A DNA stretch of 64,000 bases, taken from positions 1 through 64,000 of the forward strand of contig CAWHCF010000022.1 in assembly GCA_963827655.1 (NCBI GenBank), in the 5' to 3' direction. Below the pieces are notes generated by a model that saw only the letters and a program-made list of their open reading frames with translations, was not told where the DNA came from and did no database searches. Positions 37,649 through 47,940 of the stretch are shown here, piece after piece (position 1 is the stretch's first letter; the number at the start of each line of letters is the position of its first letter). The DNA comes from an uncultured Acidobacteriota bacterium. Lineage in GTDB: Bacteria; Acidobacteriota; UBA6911. Position numbers and translations under genes: made by a program.

Positions 37649-37896
37649 TGCGAACCCCGTCGGCGCTGCATTGTAACACCTTTTCGAGACACATCTAGCG
37701 CCAACGACTCCTAGATGCTTCCGGGGGTGCCGAAGGTTCATATCTTTTTATTTTCGCGACTTTAGCCTGGAGGGTGCTGATGGGAAAAGCAGAAGCCGAT
37801 GCGAAGACGCGATTTAGGCAAGGGGACGGGAGGCCGGGCAAAATAGAATTTGCGCGGTGTAATTCGATGGGTTATGATTTCGCGTTTCCGACCAGC

Positions 37897-37973
<77 letters not shown>

Positions 37974-38259
37974 TTAACTATCATCTTCCTAGTCTTTTAC
38001 ACAAACGCTTCAGACAGGTGTTCTGTCAATTCTGTCACCGGGACAGTTTTCAGGACAGTTCCGCGGGACACTTTCGCGCCGGAAGTCGCCCTAAGACGCC
38101 ATCAATTGTCTTGGGCTTCCTCGATCACGATGATCACGATTTACCCTTAGGGTTCGGCGGTCGTCGATGCTGGCGCCACCTTCGTGACGCCAGCTCGATT
38201 TGAAGCGCTGCTGCGTGTCGTCGCGTCGTAGCTCAGCTTGCTACCGACACGCCAATCCC

Positions 38260-40615
38260 TTACCTGAACTTGAACAACGCCACGTGATCGCTGCCGTCGT
38301 TCAACCGCACGATCAACCCACGGCACGTGCCCGCCCACGAATTCTCGGTCTTCCAAACGTAGGTGTAGGTGTCGGTCGCCGCGTCGTAGCTCAGACTGCT
38401 TCCGCCTGCCGTGACCGTCTCCTCGATGTCGCTCAAGGGCGCGCCGTCGCTGCACGCCATCTGCCCCGACACGGGGAAGCCCGCCGCGAAGATGTCCAAG
38501 CCCTTGTTCCCGCTCAGTGAGAATTTCACCGGGATGGCGCGGCCGGCGTTCACCACGTTGACCGCCGGCGGGTTGTCGACCGGCTGGAAGAAGCCGCTGA
38601 AGTTGAAGAGTGAAGGGACAAAAAACACATAAGCTGAGCCTTGATCGACGCCCGCTGCGCCATCATCAAACGGCGCGCCGACCACGACCGTCTCCCCTGA
38701 GATCGCCACCAAGAAGCCGAAACCGTCAAATGCCGCCGCGTCCGAGGCCTCCAGCTTCTGCTGCTGGCTCCAGACTCCGCCGCTACGCACAAAGACATAG
38801 GCCGAGCCTTGATCGTTGCCCGCTGCGCCATCATCACCGGTCGCGCCGACCACGACCGTCTCCCCTGAGATCGCCACCGATGACGCCGAAAAAGTCACCT
38901 TCCGCCGCGTCCGAGGCCTCCAGCTTCTGCTGCTGGCTCCAGACTCCGCCGCTACGCACAAAGACATAGGCCGAGCCTTGATCGAACGCCCGCTGCGCCA
39001 TCATCAAACGGCGCGCCGACCACGACCGTCTCCCCTGAGATCGCCACCGATTGGCCGAAAAAGTCACCTGCCGCCGCGTCCGAGGCCTCCAGCTTCTGCT
39101 GCTGGCTCCAGACTCCGCCGCTACGCACAAAGACATAGGCCGAGCCTTGATCGATGCCCGCTGCGCCATCATCACCGCTGCGCGCCGACCACGACCGTCT
39201 CCCCTGAGATCGCCACCGAGAAGCCGAAAAGGTCAACTGCCGCCGCGTCCGAGGCCTCCAGCTTCTGCTGCTGGCTCCAGACTCCGCCGCTACGCACAAA
39301 GACATAGGCCGAGCCTTGATCGATGCCCGCTGTGCCATCATCAACTGTCGCGCCGACCACGACCGTCTCCCCTGAGATCGCCACCGAGGTGCCGAATTGG
39401 TCAAATGCCGCCGCGTCCGAGGCCACGAGCTTCTGCTGCTGGCTCCAGACTCCGCCGCTACGCACAAAGACATAGGCCGAGCCTTGATTGACGGCCCGCT
39501 GCGCCATCATCAGCCAGCGCGCCGACCACGACCGTCTCCCCTGAGATCGCCACCGAGTGGCCGAAATCGTCACCTGCCGCCGCGTCCGAGGCCTCCAGCT
39601 TCTGCTGCTGGCTCCAGACTCCGCCGCTACGCACAAAGACATAGGCCGAGCCTTGAAAGATGCCCGCTGCGCCATCATCAGCGGGCGCGCCGACCACGAC
39701 CGTCTCCCCTGAGATCGCCACCGAGAAGCCGAAATCGTCACCTGCCGCCGCGTCCGAGGCCACGAGCTTCTGCTGCTGGGTGAAGGTCGGGTCGATCGTC
39801 ACCGGCCAGACGGCGTCGCGGTCGTCCACTTCCAGCCAGACCTCGCCCTCGCCCCCCTCCATCCTCACTGCCATTCGGGCCTCGAGCTCGCGCCCTCCAC
39901 CGTCCCTCACCACCAGGTGGTCGTACCGCAGCAGCCGCTGCCCCGCATCGTCTTTGAACTCCAGCGCCTGACCGCCCTCCACCGCCTCCGCTCGCAACTC
40001 GCCCTCCAGCGCGAGCGCCACGCGCAATGGCTCCTGACCGGTTTTCACTCCCGGAGGCGCCGGGAGGTCGAAGCCATGCTCGAGGCCTGCCGCCGTGTTG
40101 ACGTACCATTCGACGATTGGGGGTTGTGAGTTGGGGGTTGGGAACTGGTGGTGAATCTCAATTCGATTCCCGGCAGCCGTCAGTCTGGCGGCGCTCGCCG
40201 GCAGGATCTGCGCGCCGTAGCCGTAGCCGATGAGTTTCATCCGCGACTGCCATTGGCCCTGCGACTCTTGGCGCGGCGAGAGCCGCAACCCGTCCGGCGC
40301 GAAGTCCGCCCGCAGTTGTTGCGCGTGATTGTCCGCCCGGTAGGCTGCCGCCTGACCAACGCGTGCGGCGCCCGCCGGCAGCGGACGAATCCGGTAATGT
40401 TCAGCTTCCAGTTGTCGCCGGATGGTCTGGTAGATGCCGCGTTGTTTGAGATGCGCGAGCGCCGCCTCGCCCTGCAGAGTCGGCAGCGCCTCCGCCGAAC
40501 TGATCGGTGCGGCGCACAGCGTTTTTTGCCTCTGCGCATCGTGCCCCACGCTCCACAGCGCGAGGCCGAGGAGCAGACTCAGTGTGATTACAGTGATGAT
40601 AATTCGTCGTTGCAT
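38260..40615 (-). CDS. Secreted FG-GAP repeat beta-propeller protein with C-terminal PxKF domain (frameshifted)
   Basis: Signal peptide; EWYVNTAAGLEHGF; WPVTIDP; seven FGxSVAISGETVVVGA repeats; FSGFFQPVDN...GRAIPVKFSL. Confidence 0.9.
38620..39785 (-). repeat. Seven near-identical 168-bp tandem coding repeats
   Basis: GAGATCGCCACC recurs at about 38700, 38867, 39037, 39206, 39374, 39543 and 39711. Confidence 0.95.
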
Positions 40616-40714
40616 TATTTTCTCCCTTGGTTGGTTGTGGTTGTTGTTGTGATTGCCTGTCCCGGGACATACTTCGACCGAGCAGGCATAAAAAAGTCTT
40701 CCGGCTGCCATCAA

Positions 40715-41000
40715 TAGCTCCGGATCGCCGAATGGATCCATGCCGTCACGGCCCACATCCCGATCGCGGTCAGCATCAGGTGCGGTAGTATGGGGGCCCT
40801 GTCAAACCGGGCGCGCGTCACGATAGCGGGGCTCAACGACCCGAGCTGCCGCCCGTCCGGTGTGCAGCAGCAGGGAGATGAGGGGGAAATCGACTCCAGC
40901 CGCGCGCGGAGGGCTTCCTGGGCACGCTTGCTCCGTAAAATCTTCGAGGTGGACCTCTTCTGTGTACCTGCGGAGCGCAGATGAAAATCGTCTCTGCTGC
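40715..41000 (+). pseudogene. IS91/ISCR-like (Y2) transposase C-terminal remnant
   Basis: EWIHAVTAHIP / DRGQHQVR*YGALSNRAR and WARLLRKIFEVD...C.CGAQMKIVS, with stops and frameshifts. Confidence 0.7.
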
Positions 41001-41070
41001 CGAAATAATCTGCTATAGCTATAAGGGGAGAAAACAGCAGCAAAAGTGATCAACCCTGCAAGATTTTTTA

Positions 41071-41076
41071 TATAAT
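41071..41076 (+). promoter_or_regulatory. -10 box TATAAT, probable leaderless promoter of the ECF sigma gene
   Basis: Consensus TATAAT 6 nt before ATG 41083; no Shine-Dalgarno. Confidence 0.5.
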
Positions 41077-41082
41077 AGCCGC

Positions 41083-41653
41083 ATGGTGCTCGACTCGGCG
41101 CCGGATGCGATCGCCAGGCTAATGGCCGCCTTTCGAGCCGGGGACAGTCGCGCCGGCGGACAACTCATGGAACTGTTCTATCCTGAGCTGAAACGGCTTG
41201 CGGCCCGACACCTGAACAGGGAACGGCACGGGCATAGCTTGCAACCGACCTTGCTGGTCAACGAGTTATACCTGCAATTGATCAAAATCAAGGCCCTGCA
41301 GCCGCGGCCGGATCGCGATAGCAAGAACGAGAAGGCGGCGTTTTTCGCGCTCGCCGGACAAATCATGAAACGGCTGTTAATACACCACTCCCGGCGGATC
41401 TCCAGCAAGGCGCAGAAGATTCGCGTTGTGGGACGAAGCCCGCGTCGAGGAAGACTCCAGCATCCTGGAAGTCGAAGACCTGCTTTCCCGGCTGGAAGGC
41501 ATCAAACCGGCAATTCGCACCGTGGTCGAGATGAGAGTGTTCGAGGGCCTGACGGCGGAGGAGATCGCTCCGAAACTGGGATGCTCGGTGGTTACGGTGC
41601 ATCGTTACTGGCAGTTCGCGCGGCACTGGCTGCAGAAGGAATGGGAAAACTAG
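41083..41653 (+). CDS. ECF sigma factor of the kinase-associated (ECF43-like) type (frameshift near 41425)
   Basis: YPELKRLAARHL, HSLQPTLLVNELYLQL, FFALAGQIMKRLLI, VVEMRVFEGLTAEEIA...TVHRYWQFARHWL. Confidence 0.9.
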
Positions 41654-41678
41654 AGTCCGCGGGGCCGGAGTACGTTCC

Positions 41679-44491
41679 ATGCGGGAAGGAACGCTCGCGA
41701 GTGGCAAATGTTTGAGTGAGGCGCAGTGGCGGCAGGTCCTCAAACTTTCTGAGGAACTCGCGGAACTGCCGTCCCACGAACGGCAGGCCTTTCTGGACTC
41801 GGCAGGTGTGAGTCCCGAGATCGCGCGGGAAGTGCTGACACTGGTGGACGAGTTCAGTTCGCTTCAGGGGTCTCTGGCGAACGCCGGGGAGTGGATCGGA
41901 AAGTTCGAGATTACGGGCAGCCTGGGCCGAGGCGGGATGGGCCATGTACTCTCAGCGCGAGACACCGAATTAGACCGCAACGTAGCACTGAAGTTCCTGA
42001 CTCCCGACACCACGATGGATCCCGAAGCCACGCAGAAACTCCTGCGGGAGGCGCAAACCGCATCCGCGCTGAACCATCCGAATATCGTGACAATTCACGA
42101 GGTGATCCGCTCGGGATCGTCGATCGCGATCGTCATGGAGCTGGTGGAAGGACACTCTGTGCGGCAGCTTTGCGAGAAGCGGCTGCCGATCGAACAGGTG
42201 ATCGGCATCGGGCAGCAGATCGCGCGAGCGTTAGCCGCGGCCCACGCCAAAGGTATCGTACATCGCGACATCAAGCCGGAAAACATCATTCTGCGTCAGG
42301 ACGGTTGCGCGAAAGTGCTGGATTTCGGACTGGCACGGCGAGTCTCGAACTCTCCGGAGAATTCCAACGCCAGCGTCCCGGCGGGGACGCTGCGTTATAT
42401 GTCGCCCGAGCAGGCGCGGAGCGAACCAGCTACTTCCGCGAGCGACGTGTTTTCTTTAGGACTGGTGCTGCACGAGCTTCTCACCGGCCGGCACGCGTTC
42501 CCGGAGGATACGCCGCTCGAGACCGCACACGCCATCATGACGAAGGAGCCGAGCGGCGAGCTGCCGCGCGATGTTCCGGCGGAGTTGAGGCGGCTGATCA
42601 AGTCGATGCTGGCGAAGGTTGCATCGGATCGCCCCAGCGCCGGGCAAGTGGCGGCGCAGTTGGACGAGATTCTTGCGGTCATAGAGGGGCCGTTGGCGGA
42701 GGCGCGGCGTACGCGCGCTGGGCGGCGAAGCCGGTGGGTCCTGACTCTGGCGACGGTGCTGGCGATCGCGGGTGCCATCGTCTGGTTCACGAAAGGCAAA
42801 CGGGATGCCGGGGATCTCACGGACCTGACTATTAAGCCACTGACTTCGCAGCCCGGATGGGAATTGGCTCCGGCGTTGTCCCCAGACGGCGGATGCGATC
42901 GCATTCACGTGGAGTGCCAAGCTGGACGGTACACGGCAGATTTACGTGAAGCGGGATAAGGACGCGGAACCGACGAAGCTAACCAGCTCGCAAGCGGGGC
43001 AGATCGGATACCTGGTATGGTCCCCGGACGGCAAGCGCATCGCATTTAAGCGACAATTCGAGCATGAGGGCGCACTTTACTGGATCGCCAGCGGCGGAGG
43101 CGAGGAGCAGAAAATTCTGGATCTGGCGAACGCGGATCTGAGCTCCTCGATCGACTGGTCACCGGATGGCAAGCTAGTGGCCTTTTCGGACTCGCCGCCG
43201 GGAGTCCAGGAAGGCTTCGCTATCTACCTCTACGACCTGCGGTCCGGCGAGAAGCGGAAAGTCACCTCGCCGCCCTCGGGCATCTGGGGGGATTGGGACC
43301 CAAAATTCTCGCCCGACGGGAAAACGATTGCGTTCAAGAGAGTCACGGGATTCTGGGTGGACGATATCTACCTGGTTCCGACCGAGGGCGGCCCGGCGCA
43401 ACCGTTCACCGCATCCCGTCGCGGTATCTGGGGACACGCGTGGATGCCGGATGGACGGAGTCTGCTGGTGTCCGGTCAACGCAGCGGCACGGTATTTGGG
43501 ATCTGGCGATATCCGTTGAACGCGCCGACACGGCCGGAGCGGGTGGCGCAGGGCGGCGTGGATACGATTACCCCCGCTACCGGCCGGCATACCAGCCGAA
43601 TGGCGTGGGTAAACCAGCTGTGGGATTTGAATGTCTACCGGATTGCGGCAACAGGCACGGGCAAGGCGGAACGACTGATCGCTTCGACGCAGCGCGACCA
43701 CAATCCGGTCTATGCGCCCGATGGACGGATCGCATGGATCAGCGACCGCTCGGGAAGCCGGGAGATCTGGATCGCGAGAGGGGACGGATCGGGACAGGCG
43801 CAGGTGACGCACCTGAACGGGCCCGCAATCGACAATTTACAGTGGTCATTCGACGGCCGGTATCTGGCGTTCGACAGCCGGCCCCAGGGTTATTCTGACA
43901 TTTTTCTGCTGGAGTGCCCACAGGGCACGCTGCGATGCGGCGAGCCGAAGGCGATGAATGTGTCTCCAGCGGAATCTCCCGGCTGGTCGGCGGATAGCCA
44001 GACGGTTTACTTTTGCTCGAACCCGCTCCGGTCAATGGCAGATATGGAAACAGGCTTTATCCGGTGGGACGCCGGTTCAGGTGACGCAAACTGTCGGCTT
44101 CTGGCCGCGGGAGTCGTCAGATGGAAAATGGCTCTACTTTTCCGATCACCGCAACGACAGTGTGATCGCACGCATGCCGGGATCCAAAGGCGAGGGAGAG
44201 CCGGCGGGAGAAGTTCCGGTGATCGGGCGTGGGAACAAAGCGCAGTATGCCGGTTGGGCGGTAACGGCAAATGAGGTGGTGTTCATCGCGCGTGCCGATG
44301 GAACGCGCCCGGCGGCCATTCGCGCGTATAACCTGACCACGGGAAAGGTTCGCTCGATCCTCGATTTGACGGAAGTATTTGCGGATCGCGGCGATATCGG
44401 AGTATCGGTTTCGAAGGACGGTAAGTCGATTTTATACTCGCAACTTGACCGAAGCGGTAGCAATATCATGATGGCGGAGAAGAGCCGCTAG
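41679..44491 (+). CDS. Membrane Ser/Thr protein kinase with C-terminal TolB/PD40 beta-propeller (frameshifts near 42895 and 44020)
   Basis: LGRGGMGHV, VALK, HRDIKPEN, DFG, GTLRYMSPEQ, a TM helix, repeated WSPDGK. Confidence 0.92.
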
Positions 44492-44596
44492 CTGGGGCAG
44501 AAATGCGGCGTGCAGTGCTGTTGCGTAGCGACGTGGCATTTCGCCGGAATACCCTGGTTTATCAAGTGTGCTTCCCGTAAATTCCGATCCGATTGG

Positions 44597-44638
44597 TTGC
44601 ACTCGCTTACTTGGGTTAGCTATACTGCTTAGCTAACC
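44597..44638 (+). promoter_or_regulatory. vapBC promoter with overlapping operator
   Basis: TTGCAC-N18-TATACT; perfect inverted repeat GGTTAGCTA-N7-TAGCTAACC over the -10 box. Confidence 0.75.
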
Positions 44639-44648
44639 GAGGAATGCT

Positions 44649-44882
44649 ATGAAAGTGGTTAACGTGCATGCAGCAAAATCGAATCTGTCGAAACTAATCG
44701 AGGAAGCCAGTAAGGGAGAGGAGATAGTGATCGCTCGCGGCTCAGAACCGGTCGTGAAGCTGGTGCCTGTGCATCGGCCGGAGGCAAAGCGGCAGTTCGG
44801 GAGTCTCAAGGGACGTCTCGTCGTCCCGGATGACTTCATGGAACCGCTGACGAGCGAGGAGGTCGAAGCCTGGCATCAATAG
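44649..44882 (+). CDS. vapB: Phd/YefM-family antitoxin
   Basis: VNVHAAKSNLSKLIEEASKGEEIVIARGSEPVVKLVP...RQFGSLKG...PDDFMEPL. Confidence 0.9.
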   Translation: MKVVNVHAAKSNLSKLIEEASKGEEIVIARGSEPVVKLVPVHRPEAKRQFGSLKGRLVVPDDFMEPLTSEEVEAWHQ

Positions 44883-44904
44883 CGGTACGACCTCAACGGT
44901 AACG

Positions 44905-45291
44905 ATGCGCTTACTCCTCGATACGCACGCTTTCCTCTGGTGGCTGGCCGGTGACAAGCGCATGACCTCGCGCGCACGGGCTGGCATTGCGGACGAGGCT
45001 AACGATATCTATGTCAGCGCGGCGTCAGCGTGGGAAGTCGCGACAAAGGTGCGGCTGGGTAAGCTGCAAGGCGCCGAATTCATCGCTCAGGAATTCGGCG
45101 AGCACCTCGTACTCCAGGGATTCATTGGGCTCGACATCACTGTCGAACATGGACAGCGCGCCGGAAACCTTCCTGGACCGCATAGAGATCCATTCGATCG
45201 TATGTTGATCGCACAGGCCCACGCCGCAAACCTCACGGTCGTTTCCAACGAGGCAGTATTCGACCATTACGGGGTCGTTCGACTCTGGTAG
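44905..45291 (+). CDS. vapC: PIN-domain toxin
   Basis: MRLLLDTHAFLWW, SAASAWE, HRDPFDRMLIAQA. Confidence 0.95.
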   Translation: MRLLLDTHAFLWWLAGDKRMTSRARAGIADEANDIYVSAASAWEVATKVRLGKLQGAEFIAQEFGEHLVLQGFIGLDITVEHGQRAGNLPGPHRDPFDRMLIAQAHAANLTVVSNEAVFDHYGVVRLW

Positions 45292-45703
45292 ATGCTTGGC
45301 TGATTTAACCACCGACTCTCGCGCCAGAATGTAAAGTTATTTTGCGCGAGCCCTTAGTGCGTGGGCCGCATCGGACGCTGACATTCGAGACAGCTCAAGT
45401 CGTTCTGAACCGGTTTGGCGTTCTGAAGCGCTTCGTTCGCAACCGTGGAATCTGCTCGCCGAGTCTCGTCGGCTCCACCATTAACCTACGTTTCCCGATT
45501 CTGCCACCCAAACGTTCCTCGTAACATTTCTCGCCGGAGTCGTCATAAGATGCTATCAATTGCCTTGAGCTTCATTGATCATGATGATTCGTTCTACAAG
45601 CAGAGGCTACGTTTGGCCTCGCGTTGGGGCTCGTCAACTCTGTCGGTCCGCGATTACGTATTTCTAAAGGACGAGCCACACCGAGTCGGAAGGGGGACTC
45701 TCT

Positions 45704-47660
45704 ATGGAACCGGGTGAGCATATTGGTGACTACATCATCGTCGAAAAGATCGGTGAAGGCGGCCGGTCGATCGTTTATCTCGCCAGACATGAAGAGCGTG
45801 GCACTCACGCCGTCATAAAGCGGCTGCGTCAACAACTTGCTTTCGATGAGCAGCTCGCCCGTAAGATTAAACAACTTCGACATCCTCATCTGGCCGCCGT
45901 GCACGACTACATCGAGCGCGATGGCCAATACTTCATGGTCGAAGAGTACGTGCCCGGGGGGAGCCTGACGGATCTTCTGGACAAGGGCGAGCCGATCTCC
46001 CAGGAGGAAGCCCTGCGCTGGTGCCGGGATGCTCTGAGAGCGGTCGACTATGCCCATCAGAGCGGCATTGTGCACGGCGGTCTCAAGCCGGGGAACTTGA
46101 TGCTGAATCAAGAACGAGAGGTCAAAGTCACAGACTTTGGCATCGCCGGAGCATTGGATCGGGCGACTGGTGCGGCCGAGGGAGCCCCGCTCTACATGAG
46201 CCCCGAGCAGATCCGCACGCCGGACAAGGTCGATCACTCGACCGATGTCTACTCGATGGGTGTTGTACTCTACCAGCTACTCACGGGACGCGCGCCATTC
46301 AACAGCGAGAGCGAGTTTGACATTAAGCGTGCCATCGTCCAGGACCCACCGGTACCCCCGCGGCAACTCAAGTCGAAGTATCTCTCGAGAAGCGGAACAG
46401 ATCGTGCTGAAAGCGCTGCAGAAACACCCCGAGAATCGCTTCAGCGGGTGTGGCGAGTTCGCCCGTCAAATAGACCTCATTTGGCGCCGCCACGGTGGCG
46501 ATTTGACGGCCGACAAGGGTCCCGTTTGGAATCCGTTCCAATGGATCCGGAATGTGTTGAAACGGGAAGAAGAGCATCAGGGTGGGTCGGCGGCACCGCC
46601 CGCCCTACCACAATCGTCTGCCCCGCCACCACCGCCTTCCCTCCCGCCGCCTGCCCCACCGGAACAGGCCGGTCCGCCATCACCGCCGCCCGCCCTACCG
46701 CGATCGTCTGCCCCACCACCACCGCCTTCCCTCCCGCCGCCTGCCCCACCGCGACAGGCCGGCCCGCCACCACCGCCGCCCGCGCCACCGCAGCAGACTC
46801 AGCCTGTCCCGCCGGCGGCGGAGGCGGCCGAACCCGAGCCCGAACCCGTCCGGCTGGGCGCTTCGGCTCCGGAGGCGGTTCGCCCGGGTGACCACTTCGT
46901 AGCCCAATTCGCGGCTTACGTTCGGGCGCAGGAGGAAGAAGTCCGAAAGGCATTCATCGCTCTCAGCCGGCGTTCGGAACCGAAACTCGGGTTGAAGACC
47001 TGCCGCTGGAAACTGAAGACGCCGGTGAAAGTAGTATTGACCGGAGAGCACTTCAAGGTGGATCCGCCGGCGGACGAGTTCGTCTGGGAAGGGGACCAAA
47101 ATCTGCTGAGTTTTGAGGTCTCGGTCGATGCCGGTGCTCCCCTGGGCACGACGGTCTTGAAGTATCACGTGTACATCGGCGAAGTGCGCGTGGCTATGCT
47201 TCCACTGGAGATCGACATCGGCTCGCAGCCGGCTTCAACCAAGCAGAAAGAGGTAGCGGGCCAGCCTGCCCGGACAGCCTTTGCATCCTATGCCTCGGAG
47301 GATCGCGAGCGCGTCTTGGATCGCGTTTCCGAGGCCGGCCTCAGTGGAGGTTTGGATGTGTTCATGGATTGCGTGTCCCTCCGCGCCGGCCAGGATTGGG
47401 AGCGAAGCCTCGAACAGGAGATCACAGCCTGCGACCTCTTTCTGCTGTTCTGGTCGTCCCATGCCAAGGACTCCAAGTGGGTCACATGGGAATGGCAGAC
47501 TGCGCTGCGCCAGAAGGGTATCCAGGCGATCCAGCTCCGCCCGCTTCAACCCGTACGCGAGGTGGAACCGCCGGAGGAGCTCAAACGATTGCACTTCGAC
47601 GATCCGCTGATGGTGATGCGCGAGTACTATCGGCTGCATCCACCGGGCGGCCAGGGCTAA
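45704..47660 (+). CDS. Degenerate Ser/Thr kinase - Pro-rich linker - beta-sandwich - TIR domain fusion (single frameshift near 46372)
   Basis: Kinase fold in 45704..46370; kinase subdomain XI (IVLKALQKHPENRF) continues in the frame of ORF 46245..47660, which ends in a TIR domain (AFASYASED, FMDCVSLRAGQDW, FLLFWS, SKWVTWE). Confidence 0.85.
46595..46790 (+). repeat. 90-bp tandem duplication in the Pro-rich linker
   Basis: PPALP(Q/R)SSAPPPPPSLPPPAPP(E/R)QAGPP twice; CGCCCTACC at 46601 and 46691. Confidence 0.9.
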
Positions 47661-47744
47661 CATCAGGCTAATTCTCCGCCTGGCCGCATTCGCAGAATGA
47701 ATGCTTCCGCCAAAAGGTCCTGCTTCGGGAATAACCGCCCGGGA

Positions 47745-47861
47745 CTGAGAAGCTGTGAAAAAATTGTGGTTGTGTCGCGGGTCATAATGAGCCGCGCCAC
47801 AGAAGCCAAAACGCTCCCGGTCAATCGAGGGCCGTTCGCTGAATTTTTGACGCCTTCTGAG
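47745..47861. repeat. Possible MITE-like element with imperfect terminal inverted repeats
   Basis: CTGAGAAGCTGTGAAAAAATT ... AATTTTTGACGCCTTCTGAG. Confidence 0.35.
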
Positions 47862-47940
47862 ACAACCGCGCCATTCTTGATTACTGTATACCGGTGGACG
47901 GAATGATAGATTATCGTCATCTTTTCTTTGCTCTCGCAGG

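Noticed and set aside
38620-39785. CRISPR array or diversity-generating retroelement
   Set aside because: The repeats are 168-bp protein-coding units without unique spacers; no cas genes, reverse transcriptase or separate template repeat are visible.
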